NCBI GenBank assembly: GCA_044892525.1
Contig: CM097885.1
Span: 52,268,001 to 52,332,000 of the forward strand
Length of the DNA: 64,000 nucleotides
Source: Schmidtea polychroa
Taxonomy: Eukaryota
Reading direction: 5' to 3'
Of this stretch, positions 42,935 to 58,095 are shown piece after piece (positions within the stretch are counted from its first letter, which is position 1; each line of letters begins with the position of its first letter). The position numbers were made by a program, and so were the translations under genes. Below the pieces are notes generated by a model. That model ran no database searches. It saw nothing but the letters and a program-made list of their open reading frames with translations, and had not been told where the DNA came from.

Positions 42935-43173
42935 GATATGGCCGCGATAGCTTGTAGTTTTATTGACACAAGGAAATCACAACGTTTTTTAAATTCTATT
43001 TTTATCAAAAAATCTGATAATTAAAACAAATTTAATTATGCAATTACAATATGTCAATTCATTAATAAACATGAATAATTCCATTTTTTTTTATTTTAAT
43101 TTGCTTTAGAATTATAGATGAATATTTTTGTTTTGTAGTTCAAATGAAATGAAAATAAAGAAAAGCAATAATG

Positions 43174-43297
43174 AAAATAATTAAGTGATAATTTAAGCCT
43201 TTTGTTGCGAATGATGTCTTACTATCTTATAGTCGAAAATATTTTCATTAAATACATTATTCGCAGAAAAAGGCTTAAATTATCACTTAATTGTTTT
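43174..43297. mobile_element. Inverted-repeat remnant, probably Penelope-like (family B)
   Basis: ~44-bp arms (43174-43217 and 43254-43297) around ACTATCTTATAGT-C-GAAAATATTT. Confidence 0.5.
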
Positions 43298-44516
43298 AAA
43301 TAATAAATGCTGCTACAAAGAAATCATCATTAATAATGAAAATAGTTCAATAATAAAGAAAAGTAAACAATTTCACTATTTCTAAATATCAATGGCCCAT
43401 TTTTAATAAAATAACTAAAACGACAAACAAATGAAATATATTTCAATATCATCATTCTGTCATCATAATCCATGTCAAAAATTATATAATAACACAATAA
43501 TTAAATTTAAAGAGTTAATTAAATAATATCAATAATTTTGTTGCAGATTGAATGTTAATTGTAGGGGATTGTGATTTAATTTACCAATGCCCCACGAAAA
43601 ATTCTTCTTCTAGTTTCACTATTGTTGGGTTTATAATGAAATAATTTGTAGTTATAAATCCAACTAATTTTGTATTCTATCGTTATCAAATGAATAAATT
43701 AACCCTCAACAATTTATTAAAATATGCTGATAATAAAGATAACAATTTCTTGTCGACAGCTATTGTAAAATAAAATGTGATTTGGCTACTGTAAGAACCT
43801 TAATGAAAAAACACTAAAAATATCCAATCTTGATGAGACTACGATGAAAATATAATTTTGATTTCCATAAAAATTAGCTCTCGCTATTTATCGGCTTCAC
43901 TCATCTAATTTAATTAATTGCAAATAAATTCCTAAATACAAATTTGTTTAATACCATGAAATATTATTTAAATTCTCTCGGACAGCTTTGATAAAATTAG
44001 ATAATAATGTTTATTTTCAATTGAAATTGCTTTAATTTTAGTTCTCAAAATTTTCCCTATCACTTTGACAAAATTTTAATTTTTTCATTAATAGGTTGTT
44101 TACAAAAAATATTTAATTTGTAATTAGCCACATTTCTTAATTTCATATTTTTTTTTATTTTAATGATTTTATATGTTTAATAAAACCTTAACTATTTATC
44201 GGTGAATCTTAGATTTGCCGATTTATGTTGTAATATTATGTCTGCCTGGATGGTGTATATTTAGGAAACATTATAATATACATTCCTTCAGGTTTACCAC
44301 TTAGTCTGATTTTTTTTCTAGTTTATGTATTTTAATTTTGATGTGGCAATTTATTATGGATCTATTTTCCATTGTTAATGCCGGGATTTAACTTTTGATT
44401 TCATTTTAATTTTCTAGCGAAAGATGTATTTCTGCTTTTCGATAGATCTTATTTTGTCATTTTTCTTTGCAATATCAATTTACGGGTTTAGATCCACAAA
44501 AATCTTATCTTATATG

Positions 44517-44560
44517 CAGTGCTTTCTTTCGGGAAAAAAAGGTGCCAGAACGTATCTGTA
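44517..44560. mobile_element. Isolated hAT-like terminus
   Basis: CAGTGCTTTCTTTC...AAAAAGGTGCCAGAAC resembles a hAT TIR. No partner end found. Confidence 0.35.
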
Positions 44561-47062
44561 CAATCCTTCATATGCAAAAAAATGACGCTGAAATTCATTA
44601 TTTTACAATGTGAATTTACAACGCGGAAGACAGGAAACGATTTTAATGACGTAGTATATTAATGGCGCATATTTACCGTGAGCATGTTTTATATAATAGT
44701 AATAAGTTATTACTAATAACACATAGGAAGCACGGAGTTATGATTCACTCGCTTTGGCGTACGACTACTACTTTTAATTTGATTGTAATTGACTATTTGA
44801 AATGTCAGAAATAGAAATATGAAAAAAAACCAAAACATATGTCAATTTATATGTACCTTTTAAAATTATGACATACATTTTTCACCATTACTCTAAATAT
44901 CACCATAATATTTTTGAAAAACATTATTTATTAACTGTCTGAAAATACCATTAACATTGATGTAATTCATTAAACCTTTCTTGTACTTGGGATAATAAAG
45001 ACCTCAAAAATACAAAAACTAGCAAATAATAATGCGTATTTCATTCATTCAAAAGACAAAAAGTTAACCTTTGAGGATAAGTTTAAATATGACTTACAAA
45101 GACTAATAAATATGTGATTCCTCTTACATTAAAACATGTCAATATTCTTTTTATTTGATTCAAATTTTAAATTTGTTGAAATGTCACATAAAACATTTAA
45201 CATTAATAAAGAATATCAAGAAATTTTATATTTAATTACATTCTCTCGATCTGTTCAGCAATGTTTAGAGAAACATATGAGAGACTCATAAGACAATAAG
45301 TTAATATATGTATAATTCTTTACTAACTTCAGCAAAATATTACCTTTAGGATATTATTGTCAATCAAATTAAAGTTTAGAAAAAAATTATTTACTAATTA
45401 TTTTATCTGTTTGTAATTTTAGATATAAAAACATCAATTTAATGTTTTATTGATAATTTAAATCATTCGTCATTTTAGGTGAGAAGTCTTTAAATGTAAC
45501 CTTTCACAAACTTTGTTAATTTATTTAAACGATACTATTTTTATTTATTTATTTTCTTGTGTTACAAATACAAATTTGAAAATGAAATCTAAAAGAAATG
45601 TTATTATAGAAAATATTACAATATTTTATTTCATTAAATCCAAATTTAAAAGAATGAGGTAAATTCTAATAATTTCAAATCAAATTTTAAAACACGAAAA
45701 TCTAGTTAATAAAATAATCAACAATTAGATTTTTTTTCATAGAAACACAAAATTTCACAAACCCAATTGAAGCAAAACACACTGATCCAAATATTAATAA
45801 TTTAAACATACGGCACACACCCAATAATGACAACAACACTATCGTATGTTTGTGTTTCGATTTGAGGGAAATTACCCAATCAGCGAATTTTAAATACTTT
45901 CTTTTAAGAAATTGAAACTAAAATTGTTTCTTATTTCAAACTTGAAATTTTGAGATTATTTTACACATATTCACCAGTGTTATAATAATAATGGTTAATA
46001 TTGTGAAAATTTGTATTTGTATTTATCTTTTATTTCATGCATTCTAGCATTACTTATAATATTACAAATGAAAATTATTATTTATAAATATTACTTGAAA
46101 ATTATATATAATTATATTACAATTTCTTAACTAGACCTTTTACAAATTAAATTTATTTTGAAAATGAACTTTTCCAATTATTTATTAATATCTATTTAAA
46201 TTACATTAGACTATAATTATTAATAAATGTCTGTAACATTTTCTCAAAATAATCAATAAAATTGGTTCCAACTGCCAGATTTTCCAGTCGGGAATGAAAA
46301 AACAGAAATGTCAAATAAATAAGTACTCGAAGAGAAATTCTGAAACAGATTACAAATTTTATTGAGATTACCATTGAATAAATTTGTAAGTAGTGGTTTA
46401 AATAATGCTCAATTGAGATATATTATTAAAAAAAGAATTGATTTTTTTTGTTTAAGTGTAATACAAAATTTATCATTTTTTTATTCAACTTTTTAAAGTC
46501 CACTATTAAAATAGTTGATATAAATATCATTCGATAAAATTTTGTAAAACAGAATTTGATTTTATAGATATTATAAAGCACAAAATTAAATAAATATTTT
46601 TTTCAACTACGGTTTAAGACATTAATAAAAAAAAATTTAAATATATTTATAGAAATAACAGGGGAAAGATTCAAATTCAAACTTGTTAATAGGAAAAACA
46701 AAATGATATACAGGAAACGTCAAAAAACTGAAGTTCAATTCCATTTGTTAGAAAAACATTCCAAATAAGATATTGCAAAAAACATTAGCTTATAAATATA
46801 TGATTCAAATTTAAAATATGTGTTGCAATTGTGCTTTTCAAAACCCAAACCTTTAGTGAATATCTACTGAATATGAAAAAGCCTTGTATATTGTCGATTT
46901 CTCTATTCAGACTTTTTGAAGAAGGGTCAATTTAATAAAATATATTTTACCTGTAAAATTTGTTAAACTTTTAATTCATACTAAAATATTCAATTTTAAA
47001 AAATCCTAATTTTTTAAATCCTAAAAAATTAATTTTTGAAATAATAAATACAAGTGCTAGAT

Positions 47063-49532
<2,470 letters not shown>

Positions 49533-49812
49533 TGCTAAATGATAAAAAGTTGTAGGATTTCTAAGATATTTCTAAAATAATTTCATTGAATATAAAATAT
49601 TTTGCGTTGGTTCTTTATTTAAGTGGCTAGGGATAAATTTAAAAATTATTATTTAATAAAGTTGATATAAAATTTTGTAAGTTTAGATTTCCTCGATATT
49701 TTTATCTAGGATATTAAAATGTGTTGACAAAACATTAACATAATTATAAATCCATTATGTTGAGATTTAAAAAACAATGAAATTAATGAATAATAGTAGG
49801 TAGATAGTAGCG

Positions 49813-49858
49813 TACGGCAGCAATAGGGGGGGCGTACCCCCCCCCCCCTGCTGCCGTA
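49813..49858. other. GC-rich terminal hairpin
   Basis: TACGGCAGCA/TGCTGCCGTA perfect 10-bp stem enclosing G7-CGTA-C12. Confidence 0.9.
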
Positions 49859-50139
49859 ATTTTTTTGCTGCAACTTTTGATTACGCAATTTTTCAGACTA
49901 TAGTGAGGGGGTCTCGATGGTCCTGGGATTTTCAATACAAATAAAATTATTTCTATACAAAAATCCGACTATCAATAAAAAGCATGGTAATTTAAGGTCT
50001 CAGGATATTTTCAATACAAAAAGGTGGTCTTCAATAAAAAAGCCAAGGATTTTTCGAATAATTAAGGTGGGTCTCGATGGACCTGAGAATTTCAATAGAC
50101 AAAGGTGGTCTACACTAAAAAACATGGTAAATTTTTTTA

Positions 50140-50690
50140 AATTAAAGTAAATTATGGGTCTAAAAATTGAATTACAGTAAATTATGGTCCAAATTTTTCA
50201 ATTACAGTAAATTATGGGTCTAAAAAATTAAATTACAGTAAATAATGGTCCAAAAATTTAAATTAAAGTAAATTATGGTTCTAAAAATTGAATTAAAGTA
50301 AATTAAGGTTCAAAAAAATTAAAATAAAGTAAATTATGGTCCAAATTTTTCAATTACAGTAAATAATGGTCCTAAAAAATTAAATTAAAGTAAATAATGG
50401 TTCTAAAAAATTAAATTACAGTAAATAATGGTCCAAAAATTTAAATTAAAGTAAATAATGGTTCTAAATTTTAAATTAAAGTTAATTAAGATCCAAATTT
50501 TTAAATTAAAGTAAATAATGGTTCTAAAAATCAAATTAAAGTGAATTAAGGTTCTAAAAAATTAAATTAAAGTTAATTAAGGTCCAAATTTTTAAATTAA
50601 AGTAATGAATGGGCTCAAATAACTAAATTAAGGTTCTAAAAAATTAAATTAAAGTTAATTAAGGTCCAAATTTTAAAAATTAAGTAATCA
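50140..50690. repeat. 27-28-bp tandem repeat array
   Basis: About 19-20 units like AAATTAAAGTAAATTATGGTTCTAAAAA. Confidence 0.92.
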
Positions 50691-50989
50691 ATGGTAAAAT
50701 AAGTAAATTAAAGTAATAATTTTTAAATAAGTAAATTAAAGTAAGATTTTAAAATTTATTAACAAAACGTTGAAGGTGTTTGAGAATTGAAATTTTTTAA
50801 TGAAAATTTTTATGGAATAATTTTTTAAGTAATTTTTAATGGAAATTTTTATGGAATAATTTTTTAAGTTAATTTTTAATGGAAATTTTTAAGAAATATT
50901 TTTCAATGATAATTTTAGATGGAAATTTTTAAGATAATTTTTATTGAAAATTTTTATGAAATATTTTTCAAAGAAAAATTTTAATAATA

Positions 50990-52930
50990 ATTCAACAACA
51001 AATCAACAACTTAGTACCAACAACCAGTAACTTAGGAACATGTATTACCAACCAGATACCTACAACCAGTTACCTGATACCAAGTACCAACAACCAAAAA
51101 CATGCAACCAACTAGGTACCAAGTACTAACAACTAACTACCAAGTACATACAACCAACAACAACCAGGTACTAAGCATTATTAACCACCTACTAAGTACC
51201 AACAACCAGTAACTTACGAACATGTATTACCAACCAGATACCTACAACTAGTTACTAACAACTAGTTACCTGATAGCAAGTACTTACAACTAGATACCAC
51301 GCACTAACTAACTCTCAAACAACCAGATACTTACAACCAGTTACCAACTACTAACTACCTACAACCACCTACCCATTAACTAGCTAGTACTAACAACCAG
51401 TTACCACCTACTAAGTACCAACAACCGACAACAACCAAGTACTAAGCATTAATTACCAACTACTAAGTACCTACCAAGTACCTACAACCACCTAACAAGT
51501 ACTAACAACCAAAAACAAGCAACCAACTAGGTACCAAGTACTAACAACTAGCTACCACCTACCAAGTACTAACAACTAACTACCACCTACCAAGTACTAA
51601 CAACCAACAACAACCAGCTAACAACTAACTACCACCTAACAAGTACTAACAACCAACAACAACCAGGTACTAAGCATTAATTACCAACTACTAAGTACCT
51701 ACAACCAACTACTAAGTACCTACAACCAACATCAACCTGATACCTACAACTAGATACTAACAACCAATTACCTGCTACCAAGTACTTACAACTAGATACC
51801 ACGTACTAACTAACTCTCAACCCCCACCTACCTATTAACTAGCTACTAAGTACTAACAACCTGCTAACAACTAGATACCAAGTACTTACAACCAACATCA
51901 ACCAGGTACTAAGCATTATCAACCAACTAAATACTAAGTACTAACAACCAACCAACTAGGTACTAGATACCACGTACTAACAACCGTCAACAACCAGGTA
52001 CTAAGCATTATCAACCAACTACTAAATACCTACAACCAACTAGCTACCACCTACCAAGTACTAACAATCAAATCAACCAAGTACAAACAACCCACAACAA
52101 TTAGCTAACAACCAATTACCTGCTACCAAGTACTTACAACTAGATACCACGTACTAACTAACTCTCAACCCCCACCTACCCATTAACTAGCTACTAAGTA
52201 CTAACAACCAGCTAACAACTAGATACCAAGTACTTACAACCAACATCAACCAGGTACTAAGCATTATCAACCAACTAAATACTAAGTACTAACAACCAAC
52301 CAACTAGGTACTAGATACCACGTACTAACTAACTATCAACCCCCACCTACCCATTAACTAGCTACCAAGTACTTACAACAAGATACCAAGTACTTACAAC
52401 CAACATCAACCAGGTACTAAGCATTATCAACCAACTAAATACTAAGTACTAACAACCAACCAACTAGGTACTAGATACCACGTACTAACAACCGTCAACA
52501 ACCAGGTACTAAGCATTATCAACCAACTACTAAGTACCTACAACCAACTAGCTACCACCTACCAAGTACTAACAATCAAATCAACCAAGTACTAACAACC
52601 CACAACAATTAGCTAACAACTAGCTACCACCTACCAAGTACCTACAACTAGATACTAACAACCAGTTACCCATTAACTAGCTACAACCAACACTCAACTA
52701 GCTACCAACTACTAAGTACCTACAACCAACTAGCTACCACCTACCAAGTACTAATAACCAGTTACCAACTACTAAGCATTAATTACCTACAACTAGTTAC
52801 TAACAACTAGATACCAAGTACATACAACCAACAACTAAGCATTATCAACCAAGTACTAACAACAACGTAACTTACCTAGTAATAAGCACTGTCAACTAGA
52901 TACCAAACACTTACAACCAGATGACCACAT
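50990..52930. repeat. Complex A/C-rich modular satellite (mirrored at ~62330-63580)
   Basis: Shuffled modules AAGTACTAACAACC, CTAGATACCAC, ACTAAGCATTATCAACC, with higher-order duplications. Confidence 0.92.
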
Positions 52931-53308
52931 GAAATTATTGGTTAAATATGAAAATAAGGGTTATAATTAGTTGTTTAGTAAATTATGGTGTAAAATTAAG
53001 AAATAAAGAATAATTAGGTAAATTAAGGATAAGTAAATTAAAGTTAAAAATTTTAAATAAGTAAATTAAGGTTCAAAATTTTAAATTAAAGCTAAATGAG
53101 TAAATTAAAGTAATAATTTTTAAATAAGTAATGTAATAAGTAAATTAAACTAAGATTTTTAAATTTATTAACAAAAAATAGAAGGTGTTTGAGAATTGAA
53201 ATTTTTTAATGAAAATTTTTATGAAATAATTTTTTAAGTAATTTTTAATAGAAATTTTTATGAAATATTTTTCAATGATAATTTTTAATGGAAATTTTAA
53301 TGGAATAA

Positions 53309-53366
<58 letters not shown>

Positions 53367-55129
53367 TAAAATAATAATAATAATAATTCAACAGTTATCA
53401 ACAATCGGTTACTAAATATTTTTAACTAGGTGCTGACAAATACTTACAACATGATACCACATACTAACTAAATCTCAATCAACCAAGTAAAAACAACCAA
53501 GTACTAAGCATTATTAACCAACATCAACCAGGTACTAAGCATTATCAACCTACAACTATATAACAACAATCAGTAAACAACATTGTACCTACTACCAAAT
53601 ACAAGATACCAACAACTTAGTACCAACAATCAACTAACAACACATAAAAATAATAGCAATTAAATACAAAATATTCTTCATCGCATACACTATTTTCTTA
53701 TCAAAATCTAAAAAGTCAACCAACTACTTACAACCTACAACTATGTACTAACAAATTGATCTTTAAAAGCAAATACTCATCACTTGAAAAATTAGATGGA
53801 AAATTAATTGAACTCAAGGCATCAATAACTAGGTAAAAATTGATTAAATTATTGTAAAAATTTAAAATATTCGAAATAAATATCATAAAAATTTAATTAA
53901 TGGACAGGAAAAAATTCTAGTCATCAAGTAAATAAAAAAATATTGATCATTCAAGTTGAATCAACTAAGATAATAAATTAATAAGATAAGATCTAGTAGA
54001 TAATTGATTTAGATTGAATAAATTAATTGAAATAAAATTAATTTTAAGTATTTTTTTAAAAGTAATACATGTACTCAAATTGATTGACTGATTTCTCAAT
54101 ATATTCAAAAAAAAATCAGTATAAATTCATTACAATTATCAAAATCAGCAATCTACAATAAAAATAATTATCATAAAATTCCAAAAGAGACTAGATAACT
54201 AATGATAACATCTAATAAACCAGTAAATTTATTTAAATGACAATAATTGGTATATCCTAGTGAATTCTCCAATTTCTCATTTCCTCCCAAATATATCAAT
54301 ATGTAAAGATTGGTATTGTAATGATAAATACTTGTTAAAGATCATATATTCACCTCAAACTAACAAGATTCCTTAAAATCCCTTAAATGACTATATTTCT
54401 ACCCTTAATTCATATTATTACAAATATTTCACTAAAATCATCTAAAAAGCATCAAATTTCATTGAAATAACTCTATCTTTTAAGATTGATATTTTAATGA
54501 TAAGTACTTGTTAAAGATCATATATTCCCCTCAGACTAATAAGATTTCTTAAACTCCCCTTTAAATGAGTATAATTCTAACTTTAATTCCTATTATCACA
54601 AATATTTCCCTATAAAACATGTAAAATCATTAACCCTAAATAATTTATAAAATCTAATGATAAAACCGGTTATAATTAACTTTTTGTTAATCACTGTACT
54701 CGAAATTTAAAATAAATATAACTGACTAGGTCCCATTGAAAGATTAAATTTATCCATTCAATAAAATATATTTCTTCAAATGATCATTTTTACCAATATT
54801 CAACCGATTTAATTACTAATTAAAATCAAGATTCCTTCCAATAAAGATCAATTTTATTTAGTCAATGTTTTAAGTCCATATTTCTCAACTTTTGTCGTTG
54901 TCCGTCTAAATAAAGATAAAAATAATTTAAAGTTGATATCAATCCCATTTATCTGTAAAGTTTTCATCGTCAAAACCAAGTAAATCGATCATTATCCATA
55001 CTTAATAAAACATTGTTCTAAAATAATTTACTATGCATTAATCACAACCTAATAAAACGATATAATTATTATTGATTCATAACTGACTAATGTATTGCAA
55101 TTTCCTTAAAAAACATTGATATTTTACCA

Positions 55130-55450
55130 ACATCACCCTTAAAAAATCATATATTCCCATCGAAACCCTTCCCTCATTAAAAGCAACCGACTATATCTCC
55201 CTTACAATAATATATTCCCATCTTAACCCATCTCACATTAAATCTAACCGACTATATCCCCTTAAAAGATCATATTTTCCCCATCTTAACCGATCTCTCA
55301 TTAAATCTAACCAACAATATCCCATCTTAACCGATCTCTCATTAAATCTAACCGACTATATCCCTTTAAAAATCATATATTCCCATCTTAACCCATCCCT
55401 CATTAAATTTAACCGACAATATCCTATCTTATCCGATCTCTCAGCAAATA
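55130..55450. repeat. ~40-62-bp tandem repeats (mirrored at ~59835-60150)
   Basis: Units ATATTCCCATCTTAACCGATCTCTCATTAAATCTAACCGAC. Confidence 0.88.
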
Positions 55451-56199
55451 TTTCTACCCTTTTAAACATCTATCCGATTATATCCCTTATTTTCCCTAAA
55501 GATTTCACCCACTTGAGCCCTTTAATATATATCAATCCTCTTAAAATCCTCAGAGAACTTCAAAAATATGACTTTTAATTAATTGTTATAGAACCAGACA
55601 AATAATAAGAGCCCATTAAAAGATCAAAATTCACTAAATTTTCTACAAATATTTACCATCAAATACTGGAGATGAAATATATTGTTTGATCATAATTCTT
55701 CATCGATTCAGCCAATCATTTTCAAGCAAACTAAATTTCAGTATATTCTACAATCATTTTCATGTAAATTTAAAGTTAACTGGTTTCTTAGCTTATGTTT
55801 TTTAAAGTTCATCAATGAGTAAATTATTGAAAAAATTATTTAGTCAAATATATTACAAAGTTATCATCAAAAATCACTTAATTATTAACCTAATTGTAAA
55901 TGAAATTAATTTTTATTTAAAAACTATTCAATAAAATACCACTAATTATCAAGAAATTAACTAAATTTATCAATTAAATTTATCACCATTAAAACTTTTA
56001 ATCAGTCAACATGAAATTCTTAGAAAATTATTCAATATCCTCATCAAAATTTATCCTATCACTTGATTATTGTACAAACTTTAATTATTAACCTCATTAA
56101 AATAAATTTTTATTTAAAATTAAAAATACATCCAATTATCAAGAAATTAATTAAATTTATCTTAGAACTAACTTTAAATTATTAAATATTCATTCAATA

Positions 56200-56420
56200 A
56201 ACATGAAATTTGCAAAAATGTTAGAAATTCACAAAAATGATAAAAATTCATGAAATGATGGAAATCTACAAAAAACGATAAAAATTCACAAAAAATTACG
56301 GAAATTCACGAAAATAATGGAAATTCACAAAATTCATAAAAATTCACAAAAATGATAGAAATTCACAAGAATGATAAAAATCCACAAAAAATTCATAAAA
56401 ATTCACAAAAATTATAGAAA
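56200..56420. repeat. ~20-bp tandem repeats (mirrored at ~58860-59080)
   Basis: Units like GAAATTCACAAAAATGATA. Confidence 0.88.
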
Positions 56421-57209
56421 TTTACTTGAATATTTACTAAAACCATCAACTCTAAAAATTATCAATGAATGCCTTAAACAACAAATTTGCTTAAATTCAA
56501 ATAAAAGCATTAAATATCTTTACGACTTATACCCTTGCGACATGTTGAATGTGAGTAGTACCCTTGTGAGCAATACCCATAGGGGGACAGAATATTTTGT
56601 CGTATAAACTCAGAGTATATATTAATTAACTCATTCTTCATTGAATCAGTAAAATTATCATAAATTTCGATAAAAATTCTAAAGTGGTAAGCAATGTAAA
56701 GAGAAATATTCTTTAAACTTTGATAAAATTAACAATGAAGGTGGTAAGAATCTTCATTAAAGTGAGGAAATTACTCGATGATAAATTCAAATGGGTGAAA
56801 ATAATTGGTAGAATAATTCATTAATGGATCATTGAATGGGCATAGATAAGAAGAAAGTTGATAAGAATGGAAATATATTAATTGAATTTATTTAAAATTA
56901 TTTCATAAAATTCATAAATTTAATAAAACTTTTAAAACAAATATTTGTGGGGAAGTGAATAATTAATCAAAATCGGCGAAATATAATTGATTAAATATCC
57001 GGAGTGGGGGGTCATAAGTGAATAATTAATGGAAAATTGAGGGGATACAAATGATTAAATAGTGGAAAATCGAGGGGATATTAGTGATTAATTAGTGAAA
57101 AATAGAGAATTGGTGGAATATAAGTGGAGAGGATATGTAATTTAAACTAGTTTATTACATAACAAGCCGTGACTATTTTATTACATAACAAGCTGTGAAT
57201 AATATTTTA

Positions 57210-58095
57210 TTGAGAATTATTGATTAGATCTTTTTTTTTAATGTTTGAATAAGTACTTTAATACCTTAATAATTTAAATGTTTTGATTTACACTAAATAA
57301 TTTCTAAATCAATTACCCTTTTCAATCAAAATAGGTTAATATTCAAATATAAGTCTTAGGAAATATAAATTTTATAAGTTTTTAAATTTTCAAATAATGT
57401 AAATAAAAAATTAATCTATTACCAGTTATATACTTTTAAACTTATTGATGGAATAAGACAAAAGTTTTGTTGTATAAGTCCTTTAATATTGTAATAATTA
57501 TTTATTAATAAATTTATTATTTTACGTTAAATATTTCAAAAACAATTATCATATTATTAATTATATTACCATTTTTAATCAAAATAAGATAAATATTCAA
57601 ATAGATGACTTTTATAAAATACAATTAAAATTAAATACTTTACACTAAATTTAAAAATATAAATTTTATAAGTAAATGTAAATAAGAAATTAGTGTATTA
57701 GCTGTTATAGACTTTTTAAACTTATTGATTAGGCAGTAGAAAGTTACTTTTTTTTTTCAAAAAGTCCTTTAATATTGTATTCTATTTATTATTAAATTTA
57801 CTATTTTACACTAAAAAATATCAATTTAGAAAACAAACATCAAAATATGAAACTTCAATCAAAATAAGCTAATACTCAAATATAAGTCTTATAAAATACA
57901 ATCAAAATTAAATACTTCAGAAAATTAAAGTAAAGTTTTTTAAATTCTCAGATAAATGTTAACAAGGTATTAATTTATTTTTCATTATAGACTTTTTATA
58001 CTTATTATTGGTATTAAACAATAGAATGATATTGAAAATATATACAATTTAAAAATACAATTAAAATTAAAATTATATACTAGGTAAAATGTTGG
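57210..58095. repeat. Central spacer of the inverted repeat, made of three degenerate ~250-280-bp direct repeats
   Basis: AATCAAAATA(A/G)G..AATA.TCAAATA at ~57324, ~57577 and ~57857, each followed by ACTTTT(T)A.ACTTATT. Confidence 0.85.

Larger units (their letters stand above)
38781..43048 (-). mobile_element. Decayed Ty3/Gypsy LTR retrotransposon with ~96-bp LTRs
   Basis: 5' LTR 42953-43048 (TG...CA). The 3' LTR is split into ~38781-38837 and 39769-39809 by a nested solo LTR. Domain order gag-PR-RT-RH-IN. Confidence 0.93.
49806..57209 (+). repeat. Left arm of a giant inverted repeat (foldback-type element)
   Basis: From about 50580 on, it is the reverse complement of 58096-64000 (e.g. identical ORF-track entries 56371..56607+ and 58672..58908-). 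The left boundary is inferred from AGTAGCG plus the GC hairpin. Confidence 0.93.

Noticed and set aside
42935..42947. Resemblance of GCGGCCATA to the 5S rRNA 5' end
   Set aside because: Too short, with no further 5S sequence; the tRNA 5'-end reading fits better and is flush with the LTR.
50140..56420. Repeat arrays as a CRISPR or a repetitive protein gene
   Set aside because: Eukaryotic context, no unique spacers, no cas genes, and stops in all frames.
56371..56607. 78-aa ORF duplicated at 58672-58908 and similar to 14464-14739
   Set aside because: Its N-terminal half is translated tandem repeat, and the similarity reflects the shared DNA module. There is no domain signal.
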